Source of the DNA: Candidatus Heimdallarchaeota archaeon
Lineage (GTDB): Archaea; Asgardarchaeota; Heimdallarchaeia; Hodarchaeales; Hodarchaeaceae
Direction of reading: 5' to 3'
DNA: 64,000 bases
Assembly (NCBI GenBank): GCA_011364965.1
Contig: RDOB01000002.1
Location: 448,001 to 512,000 of the forward strand
The notes under the pieces were generated by a model. It searched no databases. It worked only from the letters and a program-made list of their open reading frames with translations, and was not told the origin of the DNA. Both the position numbers and the translations under genes were made by a program. This document shows, piece by piece, positions 29,091 to 40,850 of this stretch (its first letter is position 1; each line of letters opens with the position of its first letter).

Positions 29091-29689
29091 GTTTAGATTT
29101 ACCTGAACCTCATTTTCCACTCTCTGATGTATTATATCTGTCATTTTCAAATATAAGACGAAGGTTCTTTCGTTCAGTTATTACCGCTTTGGGAATAATC
29201 CTTGGAATTGCCTTCATGTCGGCATTATTAACTAATTCACTTACTTTAGGTCTCATGCGGGCGGAAACAGGTGTCGAAGCATATCAATATTGGTTAGTCG
29301 GGATTTCATTAATTGTTTGTTTCGGAGGTATTACCAATTCTATGTTAATGGCAGTAAATGAGAGAGTAAAGGAGATTGGCGTATATAAATGTATTGGAGG
29401 ATTAGATTCTCATATTGTAAGGCTGTTTATTGCTGAGGCATTAATGCTAGGGATTCTAGGAGGTACCTTAGGCTCTTTCATTGGTATTTCTATGGGTATA
29501 GCTATTAATTTGAATCGATTTAGCTTTGAAGACCTTTATCCAGTATTAATGGAGAATTTATCTGTTTTAATACTTCTATTTGGATTTTGCTTAGTTATCT
29601 CTGTTGCATTAACTGCATTAGCAACATTCATTCCTGCGAAACGTGCAGCAAATCTATCTCCAGCAGAAGCCCTTCGATATGAAAATTAG
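29087..29689 (+). CDS. Minimal FtsX/MacB-type ABC permease (no extracellular domain)
   Basis: RRFFRSVITALGIILGIA, NSMLMAVNERVKEIGVYKCIG, PAKRAANLSPAEALRYE. Confidence 0.9.
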   Translation: MSLDLPEPHFPLSDVLYLSFSNIRRRFFRSVITALGIILGIAFMSALLTNSLTLGLMRAETGVEAYQYWLVGISLIVCFGGITNSMLMAVNERVKEIGVYKCIGGLDSHIVRLFIAEALMLGILGGTLGSFIGISMGIAINLNRFSFEDLYPVLMENLSVLILLFGFCLVISVALTALATFIPAKRAANLSPAEALRYEN

Positions 29690-29703
29690 GAGCTGTTCCC
29701 AGC

Positions 29704-30426
29704 GTGAGCTTAACTGAATATGTAGTCGAAATATCTGATGTCTATAAAACCTATATGATGGGCAAAATAGAAATCCACGCGCTTCAAGGGATCACGTTCA
29801 AGATAAAACGTGGAGAATATGTTAGTATAATGGGACCGAGTGGTTCAGGAAAGAGTACTATTTTTAATGCTGTCGGAGGTCTTGATATTGTTGACAGTGG
29901 CGAAATTTTCATAGATCAAGTTGATATAGCTGAATTAGATGCTTATGAATTGGCTTGGTTACGTAATCGTAAAATTGGATATATTTTTCAAACTTTTAAC
30001 CTGCTTTTGGCATTCTCTGCACAAGAAAACGTTGAAACACCCATGGTATTCGCAGGACTTCCTCGTGAAGAAAGAAGAAAGAAATCTAAAGAGCTTTTAA
30101 GGATAGTAGGTCTTGAACATCGAATGAAAAATAAACCTGGACAATTAAGTGGTGGCCAACAGCAAAGAGTTGCAATTGCGAGGGCATTAGCGAATGATCC
30201 TGCAATTGTGCTAGCTGATGAACCGACAGCAAATTTAGATCTTGCAACAGGTCTTGAGGTTATTGACTTATTAAAAAAATTGAATTTGGAACAGGGAACC
30301 ACGATAATCACGGCAACACACGATTTAAAAATGATTAATATTAGTGATAGAATTATTTGGGTTCGTGATGGACGAGTAGACCGTATTGAAGATCGTGCTG
30401 ATGTTCAAATTAGCGCAATATCATAA
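29704..30426 (+). CDS. ABC ATPase, LolD/MacB type (copy 1)
   Basis: [48 protein letters not shown]. Confidence 0.95.
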   Translation: MSLTEYVVEISDVYKTYMMGKIEIHALQGITFKIKRGEYVSIMGPSGSGKSTIFNAVGGLDIVDSGEIFIDQVDIAELDAYELAWLRNRKIGYIFQTFNLLLAFSAQENVETPMVFAGLPREERRKKSKELLRIVGLEHRMKNKPGQLSGGQQQRVAIARALANDPAIVLADEPTANLDLATGLEVIDLLKKLNLEQGTTIITATHDLKMINISDRIIWVRDGRVDRIEDRADVQISAIS

Positions 30427-30436
30427 GGTGAGTAGG

Positions 30437-31168
30437 ATGACTGAAGAGATTACAATTCGGATGGAAAATGTTAAAAAAATTTTCATGATGGGGACAGAGG
30501 AAGTTCAAGCTCTCCGAGGCATAAACCTACAAATTCCCCGCGGTGAATTTCATGTTATTATGGGTCCATCCGGCTCTGGAAAAACGACTTTTTTGAACAT
30601 GGTTGGAGCTCTGGATGTACCTACAGAGGGAGAGGTTTACTTTGAAGATGTTCCATTATCAAGTTTGAATAAGAAACAGCTCGCTTCTTTAAGATCATAT
30701 AAGATTGGGTTCATTTTCCAGACTTTCAATCTTGTTCCTGTAATAACTGCTTTAGAAAATGTCTCTCTTCCTTTAGTATTCCAAAATTACTCTCGTGAAG
30801 AGCGGAAAAGACGAGCTGAAAGCATTTTAAAGCGCGTGGGGTTGGGGGATAGATTAAATCATACTCCAGATGAATTATCAGGGGGACAGCAGCAACGAGT
30901 AGCTATTGCGCGCGCTTTAGCTGGTGAACCTAGTTTAATATTAGCTGATGAACCTACAGGTAATCTTGACCTTGCTACTGGATTTCAAATTGTAGAATTA
31001 TTACGCGAATTATGTCAAGAGACTGGAGTGACTGTTATTAATTCTACTCATGATTTAAAGCTTATAGATATTGCAGATCGCATTTCATGGTTACGAGATG
31101 GAGAAATTACACGTACCCAAGAGAAATTGGATGTCTCAATAACTGCTGCAGATGTTAGAATAAATTAG
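30437..31168 (+). CDS. ABC ATPase, LolD/MacB type (copy 2)
   Basis: [48 protein letters not shown]. Confidence 0.95.
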   Translation: MTEEITIRMENVKKIFMMGTEEVQALRGINLQIPRGEFHVIMGPSGSGKTTFLNMVGALDVPTEGEVYFEDVPLSSLNKKQLASLRSYKIGFIFQTFNLVPVITALENVSLPLVFQNYSREERKRRAESILKRVGLGDRLNHTPDELSGGQQQRVAIARALAGEPSLILADEPTGNLDLATGFQIVELLRELCQETGVTVINSTHDLKLIDIADRISWLRDGEITRTQEKLDVSITAADVRIN

Positions 31169-31252
31169 TATAGAAGAAAATCAAAAGCGGAAGAAAAAAA
31201 AGAGAGAAAAACTGGTTAAAACTAATAATTAACAAAATGGATGTGAGAAAAA

Positions 31253-31459
31253 TTGGCTGATGTTGGAAGAATAATTTCAAGGTACGGAGACTATATTGCA
31301 ATAGTATGTATAGTATTAGCTGTGGTGATGGCTATTCTCAGTGCGGATCTAAAGACTATATTCGGAGAGCTTTTGCTCTTTATTATTGAAATAGCTTTAT
31401 TTATTATTATTATTGCAACAGCAATACTAGGTCAGAGGATATCAAAACCAACAGGATAA
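31253..31459 (+). CDS. Small two-TM membrane protein
   Basis: 68 aa with two hydrophobic helices, co-oriented after the ATPases. Confidence 0.6.
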   Translation: MADVGRIISRYGDYIAIVCIVLAVVMAILSADLKTIFGELLLFIIEIALFIIIIATAILGQRISKPTG

Positions 31460-31485
31460 TTTATGAGATCCATTTAGAGGTTAAA

Positions 31486-33921
31486 TTAAATAAATTTAAC
31501 CTCTAGATAGAGTACATCATTTTCATTCAAATCTAGCAAAAATGAGTTATTTTCAAGAATTCTATACTTCTCAAGTTCTTGAAGGAAATCATTTTTCCTG
31601 ATTCTTTTTATTTTAACGCTTTTTGTTTCCCCACACTTCTGATTAAATGTAATTTTGACTTCTTTATTGTGTGGGATTGGATTATAAATCAAAAAGGAAA
31701 TTTCTTTTTGTGGGAACTCATTCAAATCTATGAAATTAAATAGATCTAGATTTAGGACCAATATCTCTGGATCATTACACTTTGCTATAGCCTCAAACAT
31801 AAGATAAAGCCAGATTACTTCTCCTGCGCCATAAATTTCACGTCCGAGTATACCTGTTCTTTTTCCTTTTGGAATGAAACTCTGAGTCGAGGAAAAATGA
31901 GGTGCGGTTTCTAGCATTTCAAGATCTTCAAAAGGTATGAATTTACATGGGCTCTCGATACGGGGAGGATAAATAAATTCTTTTTCTAAAACTTCTGAAA
32001 AATAATAAAAACTGTTTATTCTTATTAAATTAAAGAATTTAAGAAGACCCAAAGGAAAATCGTTTCCCTTTTCGATCTTAGTTTTAAGAAGTTTAAGCAA
32101 TGGAAATATTGATTCTACGTTCTCTTTCATAGCAGGATAACGGATCCCCACACAAGCCATGACTAAACCCAAATTACTTCTCTTATTTTTCCAGTTGAAA
32201 GCTTCTGTGTTATCTTCATACCAATAGAACATTCGAGTTTCATTTAATGCAGTTAAATTAGCAAAATCAAGATACTTATCCTCTCCTGTAAGGTTATATA
32301 ATTCAGTTAAGCCAGCAACTCCATAAGCAAGTTCTAAAGGTTCCCAAAATAATTCATCAGGAGAGAAACTGATAAATTTATCTGCAGCCTTTCGTGCTTC
32401 AGTTAAATATACTGAATCAGAGAATAAAGAATATGCTTGGATCATAATATAGATGTGAATTCCTAAGCAGGCATAATTCTTAGCAATAAGTGTCCAATCC
32501 ATGTTCTGTTTTCCTCGATGATCTATATAGGATCTTAATCTTCCTTCGTCCTTTTCAAGGGCAATTTTAAGAGGTTGAAGCGAAAAAGGATCGTAAAAAG
32601 CTGTGATCTCATAACCATGCTTTTCTACGAATTCAATTGATTTATTAGCCATATTTCTAAAGGTTTCGATGTAAGTATTTTTCTCACCTAAAATGAGGGA
32701 TTGTAGCCGAATTAACCATGCGAAACGTAAAATAGGTTCGAAAAAGTACCAAGAATCCCCTATTGATATGCGAGAAGGTTTTATAATTTTAATTTGCATA
32801 TTCTCCTGATCAATGATTAGACCGTTATACAAGTAATTCTCTTTCTCATCAATGAAGTCCTTTACAGCAGAGATTGTGCGTCTTATGTGATTTTCCTGTT
32901 GTTTGTTACTATGCAATTTTAAGAAGAGAATCCAAGGAGGAAGAATGTCCAACATAGTCATAGTTTCTGCTGCAAATTGGGATTTTTTTATCCCCTTTCG
33001 ACGTTGCTTTTCAGATTCATCTTGTACATATGCGAAGTATTTGGGAGCCTGCGGGTCAACCCAGCAATATTTCTCTTTTAATAAGTCGTTGATGCATTGT
33101 TGGCTAAAGTAAGTCCATGTCAAGTCTTTTTGGGGAAGATTTTGAGGAAAAGGAATAAAGCTAGGTAGTAATTCAAAACTGCGAGTAACCAGATTACGAA
33201 CAGCTTCCCATTGATTGGAAATATTTTCATGATATTCTTGTGAAATAAGAAAATTATAGTTTAAACGATTTTGAGGAGGAATTTTTACTTGTTTTGGTAA
33301 TTGAACCCGATTAAGCAATCCAAATACACCTTCAGGACGAAAGGCACATTCATAAATTGAGAAACGCTCAATCGTCTCTGGATTCATCCATTGCATTTCA
33401 GAAAAATCTACAAAAAAGTAAGTGGATAATGATGAGTTAGTATTCCATAAGTAACAAGCAGGCATATCATTGGATTTCCATTCATCTGTGTGAGGTGTAT
33501 GGCGCGTAGGTTGGTTAACAAAAATATGGTTTTTATCCTGTCTGGAAGAAGTGGAGGTCATTAAAGTAACTTCAGGAGCAAATTTATCGATCATTATTTC
33601 TTTCTTGGTAATAAGAGTAATTTTAAAATAAAACCAGAGTGTCTCTTTTAGAAATTTTTCAACACTTAATTCAATAATGTATCGATTATCGGTAAGAGAG
33701 GAAATAATTATATCAATTTTTTCTAAAGATGAATTATTTTCTATAATTTTTAGTTTAGTTTTTCCAAATTGCTTTACAAACGAACTTATATTCCAATTAA
33801 AATTATTTATCCACACTCTATTATGTAATAGCTGCAATGAAATATTGTACTCCTCTTCCATTTTAATAAGTTGGATTTTATGACTTTGAGTCATAATTTC
33901 TGATATGATTTGCGTTCGCAT
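31486..33921 (-). CDS. Cytoplasmic putative (alpha/alpha)6-barrel glycoside-hydrolase-like protein; paralog of 48768-50717
   Basis: No signal peptide; YL.EA..AA and LYNLTGEDKYLDFA helical repeats; motif blocks shared with 48768-50717. Confidence 0.65.
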   Translation of the reverse strand: MRTQIISEIMTQSHKIQLIKMEEEYNISLQLLHNRVWINNFNWNISSFVKQFGKTKLKIIENNSSLEKIDIIISSLTDNRYIIELSVEKFLKETLWFYFKITLITKKEIMIDKFAPEVTLMTSTSSRQDKNHIFVNQPTRHTPHTDEWKSNDMPACYLWNTNSSLSTYFFVDFSEMQWMNPETIERFSIYECAFRPEGVFGLLNRVQLPKQVKIPPQNRLNYNFLISQEYHENISNQWEAVRNLVTRSFELLPSFIPFPQNLPQKDLTWTYFSQQCINDLLKEKYCWVDPQAPKYFAYVQDESEKQRRKGIKKSQFAAETMTMLDILPPWILFLKLHSNKQQENHIRRTISAVKDFIDEKENYLYNGLIIDQENMQIKIIKPSRISIGDSWYFFEPILRFAWLIRLQSLILGEKNTYIETFRNMANKSIEFVEKHGYEITAFYDPFSLQPLKIALEKDEGRLRSYIDHRGKQNMDWTLIAKNYACLGIHIYIMIQAYSLFSDSVYLTEARKAADKFISFSPDELFWEPLELAYGVAGLTELYNLTGEDKYLDFANLTALNETRMFYWYEDNTEAFNWKNKRSNLGLVMACVGIRYPAMKENVESIFPLLKLLKTKIEKGNDFPLGLLKFFNLIRINSFYYFSEVLEKEFIYPPRIESPCKFIPFEDLEMLETAPHFSSTQSFIPKGKRTGILGREIYGAGEVIWLYLMFEAIAKCNDPEILVLNLDLFNFIDLNEFPQKEISFLIYNPIPHNKEVKITFNQKCGETKSVKIKRIRKNDFLQELEKYRILENNSFLLDLNENDVLYLEVKFI

Positions 33922-34198
33922 ACAAGTTACTTCCGATTGGAACCTTTACAGTCTTAATAACCTACATTTTATTAATAAAATTTAATATTATCTGTTAAGA
34001 TCGAACATACTTTAAAATAAATATATTGCGTGTTTCTCTCGAGAGAATTACAGCAAAAACATTGAAATTATTTCAGTCCCTCACCCAGATATCAGATATG
34101 GGTAAGTAAAATTGCATAAAATTTAATAAATAAACTTGAAAGTAAGTTATAACTCGTTAAATGATAGAATATTATCTGCTCAAGTGCCTGTGATTCCT

Positions 34199-36388
34199 AT
34201 GAGTTTAGAAAGTAATGTTAAAGATTCTTCTGTAGATCCTGAATACGAATCAAGCGAATCTTATGAAGAATATATGAAACCTGAGACTGGATTAACCAAA
34301 AGATCTTTGATTATTGCATTAGCTACCCTCTTGATTTGGGGATTAATAAATATCTTTGCAGGGAATTTTGGAGATGCCCCTACGATATTGATTGAAGAAA
34401 TGTCAATCCTTTTTCCATTTTTCTTACTAATTTTTGGTTTACAAGCCCTTGAAAGAATTCGATTACGCGGTATGAAATTAACACGACAGGAATTATCCTT
34501 TATATGGGCAATGTTGATCGTAGGAATACCTATTACTAGTTCTGGATTTTTAGCTGGTCGTTTATTATTAAATGCAATGTTCACTCACCAAGATGAGGCT
34601 CTTTCCCCTCCAAGCGGTTGGGGTCCCTTTTTCTGGGCACCATCGCTGGAAGAAATCAATCGTGCATATGAGGGTGGCGCATTTCCTAATTATGCAGAGT
34701 GGGTTCTTCCACTTGCATTTTGGGCCGTTACTTGTATTGCTTGGGCATTTATGTGCTTGTTTTTAATACAGATTTTTCGAAAACCATGGGTAGATGTTGA
34801 ACGTCTAGCGTTTCCCCTTGCTCAGCCAGTACAAGAGCTACTTGAAGCTCCCTATGCTCCCTTGAAAGAGAAAAATAAGAGATATTTCTGGTTTGCCATA
34901 GGAGCGTTATTAGGTGTCATATACGCTTCATTTGAATTTTTAAGATCTGTGTTTCAAATTGATTTATTTGAAAATATAGATATTTTTGGATTTGTACCTG
35001 GTAGAGCCTGGATGATAGATATTGACCTAGGGAGCGAGTTTGGATTGAGTCAATTTTTACCAAATGCTTACTTAGAAGCTCGGCCTGAACCTATAATGAT
35101 TGCTGCTTTTCTTCTAGTTTCACTTAATGTTCTTCTATCAGGGTTGATTTTCTATTTATTGTTCTGGGTTCTCATTCCAGTTTTTGAGACAGAATTCGGA
35201 ATTATTGATCCCCCTACGATAGCTGCGTCTCCTCCTGATATTGATCTCGGATTTGCACGTTTAGGAGGAATCTCTCTATTTGCTTTCGGAGAATTTGGTA
35301 TGTTCTTTGGAATAGCTATTTGGGCAATAATTCTCCAAAGAAAGTATCTTGCTCGTAGTATTCGTGCAATTTGGGATCATTCAGTTATTGACGAATCAGG
35401 GGAACCAATTTCCTACAGAACTGCTTATTTAGGTTTGATTATTTGTACACTGGTATTCTTTCTCGCTCTAATATTAAGCGGGTCCCCCATCAATGGTGCT
35501 ATTTACACTGTTCTTTTTCTAATAATTGGCTATATTGCTGGGGCGCGGGTTCGGGCAGAAACTGCAGGAGCTGGAATAGGTCATCCTGGATACATACATT
35601 TACATGGTATGCATTCTGTTAGAGTGATTATAGGGACTGAAAACGCGCAAACCCCCGGTTTCTATGTTACTTCTATGTGGATGCAATTTTTCCAAAGAGA
35701 TGCTGCTCCTACAAGTCCAGCAATCTCCGCTTTGGAGGCATATAACGTTGCTCGTGTAACAAATACACGCACGAGGGATATTTTCGTAGCCCAAAGTGTC
35801 GGAATTATCTCAATTATCCTTTTATGTATCGTTGCATGGCCGATTCTTGCATATGCTTATGGATTAGCAAATGAATGGTCAGCTGAGGCAGGACATAATC
35901 TGGATTATAGTGAGTCATCACTTGAGCTAGCCACTGGAGGATTCTGGGATCATAGATCATATGGAATAGAAATTTGGGGTCAAGCGATTTTAGGAATGAT
36001 ATTTGCCATTGGATTGAATGTCCTTCGATTAAGTCGTCCTTGGTTACCTTTAAACCCCATTGTTGCTCCTATTCTACTTAGTATGCGTGGTCCATATTGG
36101 TGGCTTCCAATGTTGATTGCTTACTTAATCAAATTTACAACAGTAAGAATTGGAGGAACCCGTGCTTATACTACATATCTACTTCCTGCAGCAGTAGGGT
36201 ACTTGGTAGGTACTGCTGGTATCTGGGGATATTCACTCGTTTCTGTTATGATTCCAACTATATTCCCATTCTTGTTATTCAATCCATTGATTGAAACACT
36301 CTATTATAATGTACTTGTACTCGGGATTTGGGCTTTAGCTATCATTACAATAATAGGCTTCTTAGTATATAGATTGACACGAAGATAG
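34199..36388 (+). CDS. OPT-superfamily-like polytopic membrane protein A (DUF6785-like, from recall)
   Basis: About 16-18 TMs; GLT.RSL, LTRQEL, FRKPWVDVERLAFPLAQ, RVRAETAG, WLPLNP, RIGG.RAY. Confidence 0.72.
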   Translation: MSLESNVKDSSVDPEYESSESYEEYMKPETGLTKRSLIIALATLLIWGLINIFAGNFGDAPTILIEEMSILFPFFLLIFGLQALERIRLRGMKLTRQELSFIWAMLIVGIPITSSGFLAGRLLLNAMFTHQDEALSPPSGWGPFFWAPSLEEINRAYEGGAFPNYAEWVLPLAFWAVTCIAWAFMCLFLIQIFRKPWVDVERLAFPLAQPVQELLEAPYAPLKEKNKRYFWFAIGALLGVIYASFEFLRSVFQIDLFENIDIFGFVPGRAWMIDIDLGSEFGLSQFLPNAYLEARPEPIMIAAFLLVSLNVLLSGLIFYLLFWVLIPVFETEFGIIDPPTIAASPPDIDLGFARLGGISLFAFGEFGMFFGIAIWAIILQRKYLARSIRAIWDHSVIDESGEPISYRTAYLGLIICTLVFFLALILSGSPINGAIYTVLFLIIGYIAGARVRAETAGAGIGHPGYIHLHGMHSVRVIIGTENAQTPGFYVTSMWMQFFQRDAAPTSPAISALEAYNVARVTNTRTRDIFVAQSVGIISIILLCIVAWPILAYAYGLANEWSAEAGHNLDYSESSLELATGGFWDHRSYGIEIWGQAILGMIFAIGLNVLRLSRPWLPLNPIVAPILLSMRGPYWWLPMLIAYLIKFTTVRIGGTRAYTTYLLPAAVGYLVGTAGIWGYSLVSVMIPTIFPFLLFNPLIETLYYNVLVLGIWALAIITIIGFLVYRLTRR

Positions 36389-36405
36389 GAATTAGTGAGT
36401 AGAAA

Positions 36406-39400
36406 ATGGTAAAATTTCAATCTCTCCCAACCTTTTTTTTTTAGCTTTCATTTTATCGGGTATAATATTTATCAATATTGTAACCATTGAATTAAATTCA
36501 AGTAATAAGTCTGTCAGCAGAAATGCGCAGTATTCGCAACAAACTTCTGTAAATTTTTCAGATTTAGCTGATAACATAAATTCAACATATATTAAGAATA
36601 TTGAATCTCATATTTCAAATTTCACCAATTTTGGGAGTCGTTATACTGGATATCCTGGTTATCAGGATGCTGCTACTTATATTCAGAATTTCTTCCTTCA
36701 AGAAGGATTGTCTGACGTCGAAACCCTAACTTATCCCTTAATTTCTCCTATAGATTTTGGATCTGCAATTGAAATGAACGGAGCGAATTATACTGCCTAT
36801 ACGCTTGCTCCAAATTCTGTTCATACTTGTCAGACTCCCAAAGGAGGTATCAGGGGAATTCTTATAGATGGAGGTTCAGGTGAATATGCTGAACTTGATG
36901 GAAAGGAAATTAAAGATTCTATAGTATTATTAGAATTTAATTCGGGGAATAATTGGATAAATGTTGCAAGTTTGGGAGCTAAAAGTGTGATATTTCTTCC
37001 CCCCAAAGATACAAACAGATTCGAAGCAGCTGTAAAAACAATTGAAATCCCATTGAATTTTCCTCGACTATATATCGATAATCAAACGACTGCCTTATCT
37101 CTCAAGACTCTTGCTTTAACGCAAGAAAATGAGGTAATAATTCATTCTAACATGAGATTTGCGTCAATAGAAGCAGTAAATATTGTTGGTATCCTTCCTG
37201 GTAGTTCTACTGATCAAATAATTATATCCTCATATTTCGACTCAAACTCAATAGTTCCATCATTATCTCCAGGTGCTGATGAGTCATGTGGAATATCCAC
37301 ACTACTTGAATTAATTCGAATTTTTAATGATTATAACATTACACCAGAGAAAACAATTGTTTTTTTGGCTTTTTCTGGCCATAATCAAGCCGCAGCAGGT
37401 GCGAGAGAATTTGTTTACCAAAATTATGACAAATTAAATGTCGACTCAGGTATTAAGTTGTTCTTGTCGCTTGATTTTTCTGCTTCGAACAATAAAATAG
37501 GTATAAATCCGTATGGCTATCTCTATAGCTTTAAATTGCAATTTACTACTTCAAATAACCTTGAGGGGAGACTAAAAGACGTCGGAGAAGATTATCTTAT
37601 TAATTATGCTTCTGAAATCCGCAGTCAAACTGGATATACATTTGAGGTCAAATCCTTTATAAATAAACAACGATTTGAAGATATTGCTCCAATTATTTTT
37701 GTGGGTGATCAAGAACCATTTATCGCGAGTAATGTTCTGGGATTATCCTTCTTCACAATGGAATCTTATCGAATGCGCTATAACACGCCTTTTGATATTC
37801 CCTCCCAATTAAATATTGATTTATTAAAAGCTCAAGTAATCTATTCAGTATGTGCTATCACAGAACTTGTCAATGAGGTTAATCTAGATAGTATATTAGA
37901 TTTACAACATAAAGAATTTTCTTTAAAGCACACCACGCATGTTGGATTTGGTAATGTTGAGGGTTATTGTAAAGAGTATAATGAGAGTACTGCATGGCTT
38001 TCAAATGTCCCTAATGCTTTAATTCGTGTGACAACTCTCAATGAAGCCACACGTCAAAAAGGAATTTATGCTTATTACACTAAAACAGATGAAACTGGTC
38101 ATTTTCAAGTAAGGGGAGTATCATCATCTCAACCAGATTACCCCCTGAATTTTATAGCTGAAGGATATGTTTTTGATGCTGAAGGTATGTTGATTAAAGG
38201 TATCAATCTTGGAACACATGGCAAAACATTCAAGAATTCAAATAAATTAACGAATAAGAACACGTTTATCTACCCTACAGTGTTTAAATGTGGTACTCTA
38301 TCATTATTTGGAGTAATTCACCCATACAACCAAATTGAGGTTGCTGATCTTCTTTCATATCATATCTTAGATCCAGAAACAAGAACACTCTTTTTTTCCT
38401 ATGGTTATATAGGAACTAAAACTGTAAGTCTTGTCTTTATAAGTCCTGAAAAACCTTCAATCCTTGTTGGTAAGCTTCCTGATGGAGTTCTAGGAATTTA
38501 TATCACAAATTCTTCTTCGGATAATTTGCGAGGAAATGGTTTATCTGTATCATATGGGGAATTTCGCAATATTGGTCTACATGCTTTTCAATCGTCTCGC
38601 GATCTTCAAGCAATGACGCAAACTTATGTAAACCTTTATTCATCATATAATATCTATGATTCACTGGTTGACGATACATCGCAAAGAGCTGCAAATCTTA
38701 TTCAAGCCGCGAATACATTCTATTCCAATTTAGAATATTCCAAAGCCATAGTGACAATTAAACAAGTTCAAACATGGTCATATGATGCTTTCCAAGGCTC
38801 AAGACGGGTAATCGAGGATGGAACCTCCACAACAATCTTTTTTGCCATCCTACTTCTTCCATTTGCTTTTGTTATGGCTTCTTTGTTATTTGAATTTAAC
38901 TCTGGTGCAAAGAAAGTAGTTGTGACTAGCGGGATTTATGGGTTAACATTATTATTCTTTTACTTCATTCATCCCGGATTGCATTTGTCTTCAAACATTT
39001 TTATGATTATTATTGGGATAATTGCGATCATTTTCGTTTTTCCTGCCCTTTACATGATTTACCAAGAGGGATTTGACTTTCTTCGCAGTTTACGAGTCAA
39101 GCTTATTGGAGCTCATTTTGCGGATACGAGCCGTACATCCACAATACTTATAGCGATGAGTACAGGTATTTCTAGAATGAAGAAAAGAAAAGGTCGTACA
39201 ATTATAGCGCTATCAGGAATTGTACTAATAACTTTTTCTTTAACCTTATTTACTTCAGCTAGTACGCAAGTTTCAGTATTTGCTCGTGCAGAAAATCTCT
39301 CTACACCCTATAATGGAGTATATTTGAGAACTAAAGACTGGACTACTCCTTTATCGGAACAGCTTTTATCCACATTGGAAGTTCAGTACGGAAATGAATC

Positions 39401-40835
39401 TAGGATTTCAACAAGATGGTGGTTTTATCCTCCTAGCCAACAAGCAAACGGATTTGTCAATATTTCAACTCTCTCTGGAGATGCTAGTTGGGAGGGTGAA
39501 GCGATATTAGGTCTTACTGCTATAGAACCCCTATTCCAACCTGTTTTAACTGCTTTGTCCTCTGGAAATTGGTTTACTAATTCATCTGCCCATGAGTGTA
39601 TTTTATCTGATTACTCTGCCGAAATTTTGGGTATTAATATAAACGACACAGTTCTTTGGGCTGGTAGTGAATTTAATGTCGTGGGGGTGGTTGATGGACT
39701 AATTTTTGATGGATTTAGGGATTTTGATAATGAAGCATTACCTCCCAAAAACAGGCGTGCTCCCTCTCCTAATGTTCATATCAAAACCAATCAAACCTTT
39801 TTGTTACCTTCGGAAACAGCTCGTCTATTTGGTGCATCTCTCTACTCAATTTCAATTCTTGCGGAATCTGATCAAGCACTTGAGATTGCAGAAACTTCAT
39901 CTGCAACTTATGGACGTTATTTGGAGATTAGATCGGGTTTTAATGGTCAAGTTACAATACATAAAAGGGTAATACAGAATTTGGGACAAGGACTAGCAGA
40001 AATGGGGATTCCTTTGGCTATAGCTATTTTACTTATGATAAACACATCAGTTAGTACCGTTTATGAATCAAAAAAAGAAATCGCCATATTTACATCTCTT
40101 GGTTTAGCTCCATTCCACATCGCAGGACTATTTCTTGCTGAATTTCTAGTTTATGCTGTAATTGGTGCTGTGATAGGTTACTTAGGAGGTATTACCTCTG
40201 CTGTAACTTTATCTCTACTTGGATTATTTCCTGAATCATTAGCCATCAACTACAGTTCAGGGTCTGTAATCAATGCATTAATGTTTGGAATCTTCGGTAT
40301 CTTGATTAGTACAATATATCCTCTTAGAATATCTGCAAAAATGTCCGTTCCTTCTGTTAAACGTGCGTGGGAGCTTGAAACATCTCCAGAAGAAGATGGA
40401 AAGACATGGATTATTCCTCTTCCCTTTGTAGCTGCAACAGAAGAAGAAGCTGAGGGTATAATTGAATTCTTACGAGAGTTTTTCTATATTTATGAATCTG
40501 AGAGTGTTGGAGGAGCTTTTTTTGCACAAGAAATACAATCTAGAATCACAACAACTCCAAGAGTTGAGAAACATCTTCGAGCTATTGTAACATTAGCTCC
40601 ATTTGATATGGGATTGAAGCAAAAAGTAGATCTCTATACATATCTGGACGAAATTAACTTTAGATACGTATTTATCATCAATTTAGAAAGAATGGAAGGC
40701 ATTCTATCAGCTTGGGAAACATCTGTACGACGATTTGTCGATGCAATACGGAAACAGCTCTTAATTTGGAGAAGTTTACCTCAAGAAGAGAAAATTAGAA
40801 AATCAACAGATTTTCGAAAACACATTACAAAATAA
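36406..40835 (+). CDS. M28/PA-domain pseudopeptidase fused to an FtsX/MacB-type ABC permease (start separated by a T10 tract; main frame 36399-40835)
   Basis: The main frame upstream of the TTG at 36708 encodes a signal TM and FGSRYTGYPGY. M28-like SYFDS, PGADE and LDF; FtsX motifs RKGRTIIALSGI, VYESKKEIAIFTSLGLAP and YPLRISAKMSVPS. Confidence 0.85.
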
Positions 40836-40850
40836 TTAAGAGGGTATAGA

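Noticed and set aside
26917-33921. RiPP/lanthipeptide cluster (PqqD-like protein, ABC exporter, LanC-like barrel)
   Set aside because: No radical SAM, YcaO, LanB/LanM or lasso cyclase gene and no convincing precursor peptide. The barrel proteins show no evident LanC zinc motifs, and one is extracellular.
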